Origin: Chlamydiales bacterium
GTDB taxonomy: Bacteria > Chlamydiota > Chlamydiia > Chlamydiales > SM23-39
Reading direction: 5' to 3'
DNA length: 64,000 nucleotides
Assembly (NCBI GenBank): GCA_028278035.1
Contig: JANQFC010000027.1
Span: forward strand, 74,289-138,288
The notes beneath the pieces were generated by a model. It was not told the DNA's origin. It did not search any database and worked only from the letters and a program-made list of their open reading frames with translations. Numbering within the stretch: position 1 is the stretch's first letter; every line of letters starts with the position of its first letter. Positions 47,639-57,842 of the stretch are shown in pieces. Position numbers and translations under genes: made by a program.

Positions 47639-48853
47639 TTAAGGGCAGGAGATTGTTACTTGACCGATAAGACTTTCGCTACCAACGTTATCAACTGATA
47701 CAACATAGTAACTATAAGTTTGACCAATCTGTCTATTATGATCTTCAAATTGTGTTGACGTAGTCTCTCCTATCCTATTGGTAAGACCGGAATCCCTATA
47801 AACTCTATATGACACGGCACCGGAGACGGCTCCCCAGGAGATCGTATTATAGAAATCCTTTTGAGATAAAAAAGTATTTGTAGAGCAAAAGCCGGAAATA
47901 GAGCCAGAAGAAGAAGTAACAAATGCAGATGCTAAAGGACTAGTGCCGACAGAAAATGAACTTGTTACAGTTTCCGAGGCAATATTTACAACAGAAACAG
48001 TGCCTGAACCAGAATTGGTTACATATGCATAAGTTCCATCATCTGACAAAGTTATACCATAAGGGATAGTTCCTATTCCTGAAGAAATATCATTTGTAAC
48101 TGTTTCTGAAGCTGTTGAAATAACAACTACTTTATTATCTGCTCCAGCTGTAACAAAGGCTTCAGTTCCGTCTGTGGTAAATATTATTCCATAAAGATTT
48201 CCTCCTCCTGCATTAATAATGTTGGTCTCACTTTCAGTTGCAGTATCAACTACAAAAAGGGTAGAACTAGAGCGGTTTACATAAGCTACGCTTCCATCGG
48301 GAGAAAATACCACTCCTAAGCCAGCACCGCTCAAATTTATAGTGTTAGTGACAGTATCTGAAGATGTTGTAATAACAGAAAGGGTCGAAGCTCCAGAATT
48401 AGCAACATAAACTTTAGTGCCGCTTGGGTTGGCATCGAGCCCTCTAGGAGTAGAACCCACATTAATAGTTTTGGAAACTGTTTCAGTTGCTACATCTATA
48501 ACAGAGACAGTATCATCTCCTGAATTACTTACATAAGCTTTTGTTCCATCAGGAGTAAAAGTAATAGCTGCCGGACTTCCTCCTACGTTAATGGTCTTAG
48601 TAACTGTTGCAGAAGAGACCGTTATGACGGAGACAGTATCGTCTCCAAAATTGACTACATAAGCTTTAGTTTCATCTGGAGTAGCCTTTACATCAAAAGG
48701 CTGACTTCCAACAGATATTGTATTTATTATCTGTTCTTGAGATACATTAACAATGCTGACCGTTTCATCGCTATAATTTAAAACATATGACAACTCTGTA
48801 GCCGTAAGGTTTATACCTATGAGTAAAAAAAATGCTAAAATAATTTTTTTCAT
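47639..48853 (-). CDS. Secreted YVTN-type beta-propeller repeat protein with C-terminal Fn3-like domain
   Basis: Signal peptide MKKIILAFFLLIGINLTA. About 7 repeats of about 42 aa (e.g. DDTVSVIDVATETVSKTINVGSTPRGLDANPSGTKVYVANSG). C-terminal ISWGAVSGAVSYRVYRD looks Fn3-like. Confidence 0.8.
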   Translation of the reverse strand: MKKIILAFFLLIGINLTATELSYVLNYSDETVSIVNVSQEQIINTISVGSQPFDVKATPDETKAYVVNFGDDTVSVITVSSATVTKTINVGGSPAAITFTPDGTKAYVSNSGDDTVSVIDVATETVSKTINVGSTPRGLDANPSGTKVYVANSGASTLSVITTSSDTVTNTINLSGAGLGVVFSPDGSVAYVNRSSSTLFVVDTATESETNIINAGGGNLYGIIFTTDGTEAFVTAGADNKVVVISTASETVTNDISSGIGTIPYGITLSDDGTYAYVTNSGSGTVSVVNIASETVTSSFSVGTSPLASAFVTSSSGSISGFCSTNTFLSQKDFYNTISWGAVSGAVSYRVYRDSGLTNRIGETTSTQFEDHNRQIGQTYSYYVVSVDNVGSESLIGQVTISCP

Positions 48854-48991
48854 ATTTTTTCCTTGGTAAAAGCGAAAAAAATATAAATTCTTCGTTTATA
48901 AACATCAACAAAAAATTTTAATGAATATTTAAAAAAATATTGAAAAAGCTAATATTAAAGTTTAAAATACAAGTAATATTTGGAGTTTAAA

Positions 48992-49594
48992 ATGTATAAA
49001 AAATTTATTTTTATTTTTGCCATTTCATTAATTTGTTTTACGCAGCTTAAAGCTACAGATGTATTACTTGAAGGACAGGTCGGATATTTTCTGCCGACCT
49101 CCAAAAAGTTTAGGGACATATATGGCAACGGCATGGTATTCGGGGGATTAGAAGTCACAGCAAAGCTGCAATGGCAGATGTACATTTGGGGCAGTACTCA
49201 TTATTATTATGATAAGGGAAAATCAATTGGATTGAGGGATACTACTGAAGTGACCATGGTTCCTATAGGTTTTGGTTTGAAATATTTGTATCCTGTTAAT
49301 TTTGTGGATTTGTATTTAGGAATTGGAGCTTTGCCCACATATGTGAAATTTAGGGATAAATCTGCATATGTAATACCCAAAAGTGATAAATGGACTTTGG
49401 GGGGCATTGCTAAGATGGGGGCGATATTTAATATTAATAAACATTTTTTCATAGATTTATTTACAAATTATTCCATGGTAAGAACAAAATTTGATGATAC
49501 CAATAATAACAATAGGGTTGAACGAACCAGTTCAACTTTGGATACTTGGAATATTGGATTAGGTCTTGGCTATAGATTTGGTAAAAACTCTTAA
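48992..49594 (+). CDS. Small outer-membrane beta-barrel protein (OmpW/OmpX-size)
   Basis: Signal peptide MYKKFIFIFAISLICFTQLKA, alternating hydrophobic beta-strand pattern, aromatic-rich C-terminal strand NIGLGLGYRF. Confidence 0.55.
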   Translation: MYKKFIFIFAISLICFTQLKATDVLLEGQVGYFLPTSKKFRDIYGNGMVFGGLEVTAKLQWQMYIWGSTHYYYDKGKSIGLRDTTEVTMVPIGFGLKYLYPVNFVDLYLGIGALPTYVKFRDKSAYVIPKSDKWTLGGIAKMGAIFNINKHFFIDLFTNYSMVRTKFDDTNNNNRVERTSSTLDTWNIGLGLGYRFGKNS

Positions 49595-49848
49595 AACGAA
49601 TACTTTGTCTAAAAGTTTTATTAATCCTGTAAAAAATTAAATTCAATATTTTTTTAGATTCAAAATATGCTATCAGTTGTAAAATTTTTATTTTTTAATT
49701 GATGATCTTTGAAATTAAGGTAAATTTAATCATTTATTTAAAATGCAATTAAATTAATTAATAATATCATTTTTTATTTATTGTTGATTATAATAAAATT
49801 AACTTAATTAAAATGTTGTGCGAAAACAAAATTAAGGTGAATTAAAAA

Positions 49849-50751
49849 ATGAAAGATATTCAAAGAAATAATTTAGTTAGTAATCCTTCTTATTATGACA
49901 GAAATTTTGAAAATGATGTCCCTGAAATCAAAAACAAAGAACAATCAATAACAGTTGGTGGGCATTCGCTCACTATTACTGCTGATACTGTAAGAAAGTC
50001 TTTAACAGCAATATTTCCGTTAATTTGCTCTTTTAAACCAGTCGGCAGGGCAATGAGTATTGCACTAGATAGTGTAAATAGCATTAAGTCTATAATGCAT
50101 TTTAGACATCAGGTAAATGAACAAGGCTTTAAGGCTTTACCTAACTCTGTCTCAATTAGGAATGACACTTATAGCGCATCCATTAGGTCTATTTTTGAAT
50201 ACCGGGAAAGAAACGGTTAATAATGCTTTTGATACTATTAAAGCCCTGTATAATCAAGAATACAAAAAAGCATTTTTTACATTATTCAACACAGCCAATA
50301 ACAGGCTAAAATGCAAAGCTGCTCCCAGGCTGCTAAAACTTCAAAAACAGATCAAGCTTTAGATGTTAAGACTGCTAAAACCAATCAAGCATCAAATGTT
50401 AAATCAGCTAATAAATCTCAAAATTTTAGTATGGAAATAAGACCTGATAAATTTGAACCTGATACTACTTTTAATGGATGGAGAGCAAGTATAGGATATT
50501 ACAATTTTGCAGGGGAGTCTTTCAAGATTGTAACTATTAACCATGATCCGTCTGGAAGATATCGCTCAGGTTCGCAGTTAGTTTATTATGGTAATGAAAT
50601 TGACAGCTATTGCTTGGTATATTCAGAGGTTACAATTAACGGCAGTAAGTATAAGAAACATCAATATGAAGATATGGATGATGATGGTATGCGTCTTATT
50701 ATAGATGTTTTTACCAGCGCAATAAATCAATATATCGTATTTACATGTTAA
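49849..50751 (+). pseudogene. Probable doubly frameshifted gene (about 300 aa if repaired), unknown function
   Basis: ORFs 49849-50220 (frame 1), 50117-50362 (frame 2) and 50311-50751 (frame 1) overlap head-to-tail. The frame-2 piece reads protein-like across the frame-1 stops. Confidence 0.4.
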
Positions 50752-51130
50752 TGTTGTTCCTAGTTACTGGCTTAGAAACCTACTAATTTTGAGTTACTTA
50801 TATTTTGAAACAATCAATTAAAATTAAAAATATATATTTTTGTAAAAAAATAATTGATTATTCAATTCATCGAAAATAAATGGTTATTTACGTATATGTA
50901 AATAATACTGGTAGCTTACAATATTTTTACTTTTTTTATCACTAAATAGCTTATTATTAATAATATAGCATTTGAACATTCTTTAGGATCTAAAATACAA
51001 ATATTTTATTTTCAACAACTTAGGCCAATAGGGTTTTTTTATAATTAAATTATTAATAAATAATTAATTATGTTATAATTAAATTTATTATTAAATAGAA
51101 TAAAAATATTATTAAGGAATAATTATAAAA

Positions 51131-54100
51131 ATGTCTTCAGTTATTAATTTACGTCAACAAGAAGGATTAGAGGTCTTCAAAAGAAGTTATCAAGAAGAAG
51201 ACGTTCAAGTTGCTATTAAAGAGTTTAAGGAATGGAAAGATCAACAAAGATATGGATTATCTTATAATGACATTCAAATAATTTTACAATCCATTACTGA
51301 AGAATTATTCCGAAAGAAAAATATTGAGTTTTTAAAACAAACCGCTTTAGCTTTTATTTCAAATAATGTAATAACAACTATCGATTCTCGAAGAATGTGC
51401 GGTAATTTTATAAGGTCACTTAACGTTTTAGGTAGCGATGTACTAATTGAAGTATTTTCTGCCGTTTTAGAGAAATGTAGTTATATATCAGCTTTTATAG
51501 ACAATTTTTATACTGGTGCTTTTGGTATCCCAGATGAAAAGGACAGAATAAAATTAGCTAAAATTGTTGCTGTTCACGATAGTTGTAGTATTGGGAATAA
51601 TATTCAAGAGTTTTGTATTTCAGATGAAAAAACAAGAGTAGAAATAGCGATGATAGCTGCACAAAAAAGGCGGGGTGTTGCTGATAACATTGAAAAATTC
51701 AATATTTCAGATGAAAATAGAAGGATTGAGATAGCTAAGATAATAGCGGAACGAGACGGAAAAGAGATTGCACTAACAATACAAAAATTCAGTATTTCAG
51801 ATGAAAATAGAAGAATTGAAATAGCAAAGATAGCTGCAAAAAATAGTCCTCAATATGTTGCTACATACATTAAAAAGTTCGATATTTCAGATGAAAAAGC
51901 AAGAATTGAAATAGCCGAGATATGTCTAGAACAAAATGCAAAAGAGGTAGCAAATTACATACAAAATTTTAATATATCAGATATAAATAAAAGGAGTGAA
52001 TTAGCCCAAAAAATAGCCACTAGAGATGGAAGAGCTATTTCTGAAAGAATACAAGATTTTCGAATTTACGATAAAGAAACGATGGTAAAAATAGCTATAG
52101 CTGCTGCAAAACAAAATGGTTCTAGTGTTATAAAAAATATTCGAAATTTCGCTCTTTCAAATGATCTAGCAATGATTGTATGTATAATAGCAGAACGAGA
52201 CAGAGAAAATCTCATTAAAAGTATTAAAAATTTTAACATAAATAGTAAATTTAAATTATTAATAGATTATTTGGAACTTCGGGAAATATTTGATCTTATA
52301 TTATTGAAATTACAGGCAGATAATCCGAATTATCAATTTACAGATGAAGCTTTAGTGGCTCTAAAGAAAATATATCAAAATATCATTGATGAGAAAAATC
52401 CCTTATGGCAACAAAATATGTTGGAATGTTTTTATGAAACTATAGCTGGAATATACCGAAATAATATTTCCTCCGAACAAATTGTTTTCCTTAGACCATT
52501 ATTAGAAAAAATTCAAAAATATCGCGAACCAGAAAGACGAAAAATACTTATAAATTTAGCCCTAGATGTCACTAGAACAAAATATAACCAGTTACATGAT
52601 ATTTTAAGTCAAAAACCAGATTATCAGCATTTGCCTGGATTATATTTGATTGATTTGATAAATGATGCGCATGTCTGTGAACAAATATTTCAGCTTATCC
52701 ATCGCATGTTTAGAGATGTAATGAATGCACGGATATTAATAGATGTGTTGTCTTTTTTAAAGGCGAGCAATTTAAGTCAAGAGGACAAAATATTCTTGTT
52801 AAGATATGCACTAGAGGGAAATAAAAAAGAGATACTTATAAAACTTACTGCCATACAGGGTATCTGCAGGCTGGAAGAAACTCAGCAATTGACTGAAGCC
52901 AATTTGACCCGATATAATCTAGATACTTTATTTCAACAAATATTCAACCAGCATGTTGAACATACACAGATAGATAATTTCGCAACAAAATTTAATCAAA
53001 CTTTTGCCAGATTTAGAAATCCATGGGCACTACTTACATATGCTCAGGGTATAAAAACTTTACAAGACCGAAGACTAATGTCTCTTTTGGGAAAATATAT
53101 CGAGTCTGTTCTCAATGGCGATTTTGAAGTGCGCTACGATAAAGCAATCAGTCCTCATTTAAAAAAAATTTTTTCATATAATAGCAAAATAGAAGAATTG
53201 TGGAGAAAAAGCGATAGAATTGAAATTACTCCAATGTCAGGTAACAATATAGAGACTAACATCAAAGAATATTTAAAGACTAAAATTATAACAGATCGAC
53301 ATTTAGGAAATTGTGCTGAAAAATTACCTTATCTCTATCAATACTTGATAAATAACACAAAGCCTACAATAGAATTGAAAAGAGATGAACTGGTTAAGCT
53401 GCAAAAATTATGCATAGAGCTTTGTGAAGCCTCTGCTTCAGAGCGTGTAACATATCTAGACAGGCTCTTAGCGCATTTACATGAAATGGAAAATGTCCGA
53501 ACTTTTATGCAGGATATAGAAGAGTTAAAACAACAATTGCTGCCAAAGGAATATAACCAGGAAGCTGAATGTACTATTGAGGATTACCCAGAAGACTATT
53601 TGGTTGTTGCCAGTGAGACAACAGGATGTCAGCGGGTAGATGGTAATCCTAGTCTAAATAAGGCTCTTTTGGCGTATATGATGGACGGTAAAAATAGAAT
53701 TATCGCAATAAAAGATAAAAAGACTGGTAAATTGATTGCCCGGGCGATTTTTAGAATATTGTGGGATAGAGATAATAATAAGCCCATGCTTTTTGTAGAA
53801 AGATTTTATCCATCTAATATTAAGCTTGAACATCAAAAAGCAATCCACGATATGGCTATAAAAAGGGGGAGGGAAATGAATTTAGATGTAGTGACTTCTA
53901 ATATATTGGAAAATACAGAGAGACATCTAGTAAATCTTGCTTCTTTAGGAGGAATAGCTCCTTTTGAATATTCTGATGCAGCTGGAGGTATGTTCGAAGG
54001 AGGTAAATTTATAATAAATGGACAATCAAATCTATATCTTTTATTTAAAGCCATAGATGCTGATTCTAACGATAATTCTGGATCGTGTTCAATTTTATAA
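51131..54100 (+). CDS. Large repeat-containing hypothetical protein (989 aa), effector candidate
   Basis: SD AAGGAA upstream. Contains 8-9 tandem 30-aa repeats and a long helical region. The C-terminal domain of about 190 aa matches no family I recognise. Confidence 0.7.
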   Translation: MSSVINLRQQEGLEVFKRSYQEEDVQVAIKEFKEWKDQQRYGLSYNDIQIILQSITEELFRKKNIEFLKQTALAFISNNVITTIDSRRMCGNFIRSLNVLGSDVLIEVFSAVLEKCSYISAFIDNFYTGAFGIPDEKDRIKLAKIVAVHDSCSIGNNIQEFCISDEKTRVEIAMIAAQKRRGVADNIEKFNISDENRRIEIAKIIAERDGKEIALTIQKFSISDENRRIEIAKIAAKNSPQYVATYIKKFDISDEKARIEIAEICLEQNAKEVANYIQNFNISDINKRSELAQKIATRDGRAISERIQDFRIYDKETMVKIAIAAAKQNGSSVIKNIRNFALSNDLAMIVCIIAERDRENLIKSIKNFNINSKFKLLIDYLELREIFDLILLKLQADNPNYQFTDEALVALKKIYQNIIDEKNPLWQQNMLECFYETIAGIYRNNISSEQIVFLRPLLEKIQKYREPERRKILINLALDVTRTKYNQLHDILSQKPDYQHLPGLYLIDLINDAHVCEQIFQLIHRMFRDVMNARILIDVLSFLKASNLSQEDKIFLLRYALEGNKKEILIKLTAIQGICRLEETQQLTEANLTRYNLDTLFQQIFNQHVEHTQIDNFATKFNQTFARFRNPWALLTYAQGIKTLQDRRLMSLLGKYIESVLNGDFEVRYDKAISPHLKKIFSYNSKIEELWRKSDRIEITPMSGNNIETNIKEYLKTKIITDRHLGNCAEKLPYLYQYLINNTKPTIELKRDELVKLQKLCIELCEASASERVTYLDRLLAHLHEMENVRTFMQDIEELKQQLLPKEYNQEAECTIEDYPEDYLVVASETTGCQRVDGNPSLNKALLAYMMDGKNRIIAIKDKKTGKLIARAIFRILWDRDNNKPMLFVERFYPSNIKLEHQKAIHDMAIKRGREMNLDVVTSNILENTERHLVNLASLGGIAPFEYSDAAGGMFEGGKFIINGQSNLYLLFKAIDADSNDNSGSCSIL
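51509..52246 (+). repeat. Intragenic tandem 90-bp (30-aa) repeats, consensus I-x-x-F-x-I-S-D-E-x-x-R-I-E-I-A-K-I-x-A
   Basis: Repeat-initial Phe at residues 131, 161, 190, 220, 250, 280, 310, 340. Examples: IEKFNISDENRRIEIAKIIAERDGKEIALT and IQKFSISDENRRIEIAKIAAKNSPQYVATY. Confidence 0.85.
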
Positions 54101-54190
54101 AACAACTCAGTTAAACATAACATGTATTATCAGACTATTTAAGTTAGTCCCTTTTTATCCAAGATTGTCTATGAAAATTTAAAAAAACGA

Positions 54191-54682
54191 TTAATGTCTG
54201 ATCTTTTTAGCTTTTGCTATAACAGCATTGATAAATTCCGTTTTATCTTTGCAATATTCCATGCCATCTGTATGTTTTTTTGAAAGCTTTATTTTGAGCT
54301 CTTCATAAGCCTGTCTATCTTTAGGATGATCTCGAAGCCAGTCTCTAAACAGCAGATTATTTTCAATATTAGGATTGCCTTTTTCGAAGATATGTAAATT
54401 GATTTTAAAGGGCTTTCTTTTAGAAAAATATCTTCCTGTCGAAATAATTTCTCCCCTCACCTCGAAACCTATGTTTTCCAGTTTTTTTTCGTTAATTGCT
54501 TTAAAGCTGTCAACAATAACCAAGATATCGATTTTAGGCTTGGCTTTGAGCTTTGGAATGGATGTTGAGCCAATATGGTGAATTTCAATTAAGCTATCTT
54601 CAAGAGCCTTTTTAATTAAAGATGCCTCTTTTTTATAAATTTTTGGCCACTTAGAATTATATTCTTCTAATTTTATACTCAT
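54191..54682 (-). CDS. GrpB (UPF0157) nucleotidyltransferase-fold protein
   Basis: EYNSKWPKIY...IEIHHIGSTSIPKLKAKPKIDILVIV...FRDWLRDHP, typical of the GrpB family. Confidence 0.85.
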   Translation of the reverse strand: MSIKLEEYNSKWPKIYKKEASLIKKALEDSLIEIHHIGSTSIPKLKAKPKIDILVIVDSFKAINEKKLENIGFEVRGEIISTGRYFSKRKPFKINLHIFEKGNPNIENNLLFRDWLRDHPKDRQAYEELKIKLSKKHTDGMEYCKDKTEFINAVIAKAKKIRH

Positions 54683-54795
54683 ATTTATAAAGTGTGTTTT
54701 TGATAATTAATGATAATTAATTTCAGTAAAATTGAGAAGAATATAATAAGCCTCTAATATTTTTTGCGCTTAGGTTTGAGCAATACAAAAAATTA

Positions 54796-55119
54796 TTATA
54801 CTTTTAGCTCAGTAATTTCTTGAGTGTCTGCTGGTTCAGGTTCTGGAATAGTTGGCGTTGTTATTTTTGCATGAGGTTCGTTTTTATCGTCTTTTAAAGC
54901 TAGAAACCTTCTGTATGCTTCTATTTCAACTTGTCTTCTTGCAGCTTGTGCTGCGAGCCTTCTTTCTAGAGCTTTGTAGTTTACGGGCATTGTTGCTGGA
55001 GAACTTTTTGCCCGAATGTCTCGTACTGGAGCAAAAGCTCCCGGCGTTGCTGAAGTCATATACCCCCATTTTAAAATTTTTGCAATGGTATAAACCCCTT
55101 CATTTATTTTTTCAAACAA
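54796..55119 (-). CDS. Hypothetical protein (107 aa)
   Basis: The minus-strand reading is protein-like (Ala/Arg-rich helix, Pro/Glu-rich tail). The overlapping plus-strand ORF is Leu/Phe-rich shadow. Confidence 0.4.
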   Translation of the reverse strand: MFEKINEGVYTIAKILKWGYMTSATPGAFAPVRDIRAKSSPATMPVNYKALERRLAAQAARRQVEIEAYRRFLALKDDKNEPHAKITTPTIPEPEPADTQEITELKV

Positions 55120-55561
55120 TTTTTTTTCGGCTCTATATTTAGAATATTTTAATGAAAAATTAGCAGCTAACTATTTAAGGTATAGAATTAATTATTTTAA
55201 TTTTAATGAATGGACCTTAAAGAGATTTTTGATGATGAAAAAGTTAATTCTAAGATAAAAACAATTCAATGATCAAAATAAATGTTGTATTTTTTTTATT
55301 TTTAGTCTTATTGTTTTTAATAAGTTTTTTTTAAGTGATTTAACTCTTATAAAGGAGAAAATTTATGTCAATATCATCAACAGATTTTTCGGTTACGTAA
55401 GGAAAGCTTGCATCCATTTGGGGGAAAGAAGATTTAAAAGAATCATGTCATGGTTAGGAGCTTTAAGTTTTATATTACAGCTCGAAAATTATTTACAAGA
55501 AAAATTGGTGTCATAAAAACCTGAAAATTTAAAGAGAATGTAAATCAAGAAAGGAAAATAA

Positions 55562-55887
55562 ATGAATATTGAAACAGCAATTCAAAATGCAGATTTTAAT
55601 CAATTATATGAGATTTCATCTAACACAATTCCTATTCTTTCTTTTTGGGGAACGCGCAGTATTCAACATATGGGATATAATGAAAAGGCATCATAGATTT
55701 GTTAGCGAGTAGAGTTATGGAGTTAGTAAAATCTAAAAATTTTGAATATACTGAAGAAGAGCGAAAGAAGGGAAAGTTAATAGCACAAAATATTAATAAA
55801 ATTTATGCAGAAAGTGATAACCAGGTGGCAAAGAGCAATTTTATAACTAGAATTATATGTGCTATTGAAAGTTTTTACTATACATAA
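55562..55887 (+). pseudogene. Small gene interrupted by one frameshift (about 108 aa if repaired)
   Basis: MNIETAIQNADFNQLYEISSNTIPILSFWGTRSIQHMGYNEK stops at TAG. The reading continues in the -1 frame as GIIDLLASRVMELVKSK...ESFYYT (ORF 55699-55887). The shift lies at GAAAAGG. Confidence 0.35.
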
Positions 55888-56113
55888 GGTAATTAAAAAA
55901 TATCTTATTCAATTGTAATGGAGTGAATTTTTTTTAAATATTAAATTTTTCAATAATTAAATTCTTATAGAAGAGAAAATTATAACAATACGATCAACAG
56001 ATTTTTCGACTGACAGGATAAGCCTGTTTTTGTTTTTCTTTGAAGAAGATGTTTTAACTGAATTACACAAAATTAAAATCGTAATTAATTTTTTAATAAT
56101 AAGGAGTTTTTTT

Positions 56114-56578
56114 ATGTCTATTACTCGGGTTCAGACTACAGGAATCGCTCATGAAGATGCTTTAATTCCTCATAAAAGAATTGCTTTAATGCATGAATAT
56201 CTTTCTCTTTTTCCCCGCTCTCCTCCTTGGGTAAACCCTTCTTTATCTAGACAATTCCAGGTATGGGAGGCCGGTTATGAAAAAAGACAGGAGATTGAAC
56301 TTGAAAAACTAAAACAGACTGTAATAAATACAATAGAAAAAGTGCAGGTTGGAGCAAACCAAATTTTAAACAAAGAGCGTAAACAGGCCTTGAAAGAAGT
56401 TTTATTCGAAATGCTTCAATCTCAAAATATCAAAAAGACTGCAGATTTAAATATTGATGTTCTCGAGTCTGTTATAACAGAAATGCTAGTTACTGCATTT
56501 CCTCAAGAAGTTGAGTTTGCATTACAAGTATGTGAGAGCGAAGAAGAAATGCAATATCTTTTAGAGGAGGAGGAATGA
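56114..56578 (+). CDS. Hypothetical protein (154 aa), acidic C-terminus
   Basis: Start moved to ATG 56114 behind AAGGAG (56101-56106). No family recognised. Confidence 0.5.
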   Translation: MSITRVQTTGIAHEDALIPHKRIALMHEYLSLFPRSPPWVNPSLSRQFQVWEAGYEKRQEIELEKLKQTVINTIEKVQVGANQILNKERKQALKEVLFEMLQSQNIKKTADLNIDVLESVITEMLVTAFPQEVEFALQVCESEEEMQYLLEEEE

Positions 56579-56730
56579 TTTGCGGCTTTATTTAAATATT
56601 TAATTATTAACTCTTTGTGATACAATTAAATTTCTTGTTAAAGTAATTATTTTAATTATATTTAGAGTTTTTTTTATCGTTGCAACTTCAGAAAGTAAAA
56701 GACAAAATAGAAGCAGTATCTATAATTATT

Positions 56731-57186
56731 TTATGTAAAAAAATATTCTAAAATTTCTTTTTGATAAGGAATTAATGAATATTTAAGAAAATCACTCTTA
56801 GAAATCCATTTATAATCAATATGTTCAATTGATAATTTAATAGATATAATATCATTTGTTTTGTAAAGAAAAACATTATGAGTATTGTGAACACCTTCTT
56901 TTTGAACTATAAATAATGTTCCTAAATATTTTAATCTATCAAGTTGTGGTTTACATCCAATTTCTTCTTTTAATTCTCTCAATATAGCTGAATAAATGTC
57001 TTCATACTTTTCCATTCTTCCGCAAGGAATACCCCATAAATTTTCAGACCATTTTCCGGGTGCTTTTTGCAAAAATAAAAATTTATCATTTAATCTAATA
57101 AAGCATGCGCAAGATTCAATATCAGATGTAAATGAACTTGGTTTGTTATAATAAATTCCAGGATTTAAAGAAATTTTACTAATCAT
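56731..57186 (-). CDS. NUDIX hydrolase
   Basis: Nudix box GRMEKYEDIYSAILRELKEEIG (Gx5Ex7REUxEExGU). Confidence 0.85.
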   Translation of the reverse strand: MISKISLNPGIYYNKPSSFTSDIESCACFIRLNDKFLFLQKAPGKWSENLWGIPCGRMEKYEDIYSAILRELKEEIGCKPQLDRLKYLGTLFIVQKEGVHNTHNVFLYKTNDIISIKLSIEHIDYKWISKSDFLKYSLIPYQKEILEYFFT

Positions 57187-57188
57187 AG

Positions 57189-57842
57189 TTATTTCGCTTG
57201 TTTTAATAATTTTAAATCTGCTCCAATAATATTTTTAATATTTCTTGAGATTTTTTCTTTAGACCAATCCCACCATTTAATTTTTAAAAGTTCATCTATA
57301 ATTTCATCACTAAAACGTTTTTTAACAATTTTAGCAGGATTTCCTGCAACAATTGCATATGGAGGAACATCTTTTACTACAACTGCTTTTGCGCCGATAA
57401 TAGCTCCATCTCCTATCTTTACTGCTGGCATAATAGTGCTATTATATCCAAACCATACATCATTGCCAATAACCGTATTACCTTTATTAGGAAGTTTAGT
57501 AAGATCATAATCTCTCTCCCATCCATGGCCCATAATTGAAAAAGGATAAGTTGAAAAACCATCTAATTTGTGATTTGCAGAGCTGGTAATAAATTTAACA
57601 TCTGTTGCTATAGCGCAAAAGTTTCCAATAATAAGCTTTTCTTTTGAGAAATTATATAAATAAGGTACGTTTTTTATTTCAAAATTTTCAGCCTCATTTG
57701 GATCGTCATAATAAGTATAATCACCAACTATAATATTTGGGTTAGTTATAAGAGGCTTCAAAAAAACTACTCTTTTAGTAGTTTTAAGATCGTAATTTAA
57801 TCCATCAAAAGGATATTTGCATTCAGGATTGGGACCATTCAT
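57189..57842 (-). CDS. vat: Xenobiotic (hexapeptide-repeat) acetyltransferase, Vat/streptogramin A acetyltransferase-like
   Basis: Collinear with Vat(D)/SatA as I remember them: GPNP...YP, IGNFCAIA, ANHKLDGFSTYPF, GHGWE, KGNTVIGNDVWFG, IMPAVKIGDGAIIGAKAVVVKDVPPYAIVAGNPAKIVKKRF, IKWWDW. Confidence 0.85.
   Translation of the reverse strand: MNGPNPECKYPFDGLNYDLKTTKRVVFLKPLITNPNIIVGDYTYYDDPNEAENFEIKNVPYLYNFSKEKLIIGNFCAIATDVKFITSSANHKLDGFSTYPFSIMGHGWERDYDLTKLPNKGNTVIGNDVWFGYNSTIMPAVKIGDGAIIGAKAVVVKDVPPYAIVAGNPAKIVKKRFSDEIIDELLKIKWWDWSKEKISRNIKNIIGADLKLLKQAK

Noticed and set aside
53654-54123. Minus-strand ORFs 53654-53848 and 53833-54123
   Set aside because: They are antisense to the 3' end of the 989-aa gene.
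54852-55142. 96-aa plus-strand ORF overlapping 54796-55119
   Set aside because: Its Leu/Phe-rich composition is typical of antisense shadow. The minus-strand reading is more protein-like, although that call is itself only weakly supported.
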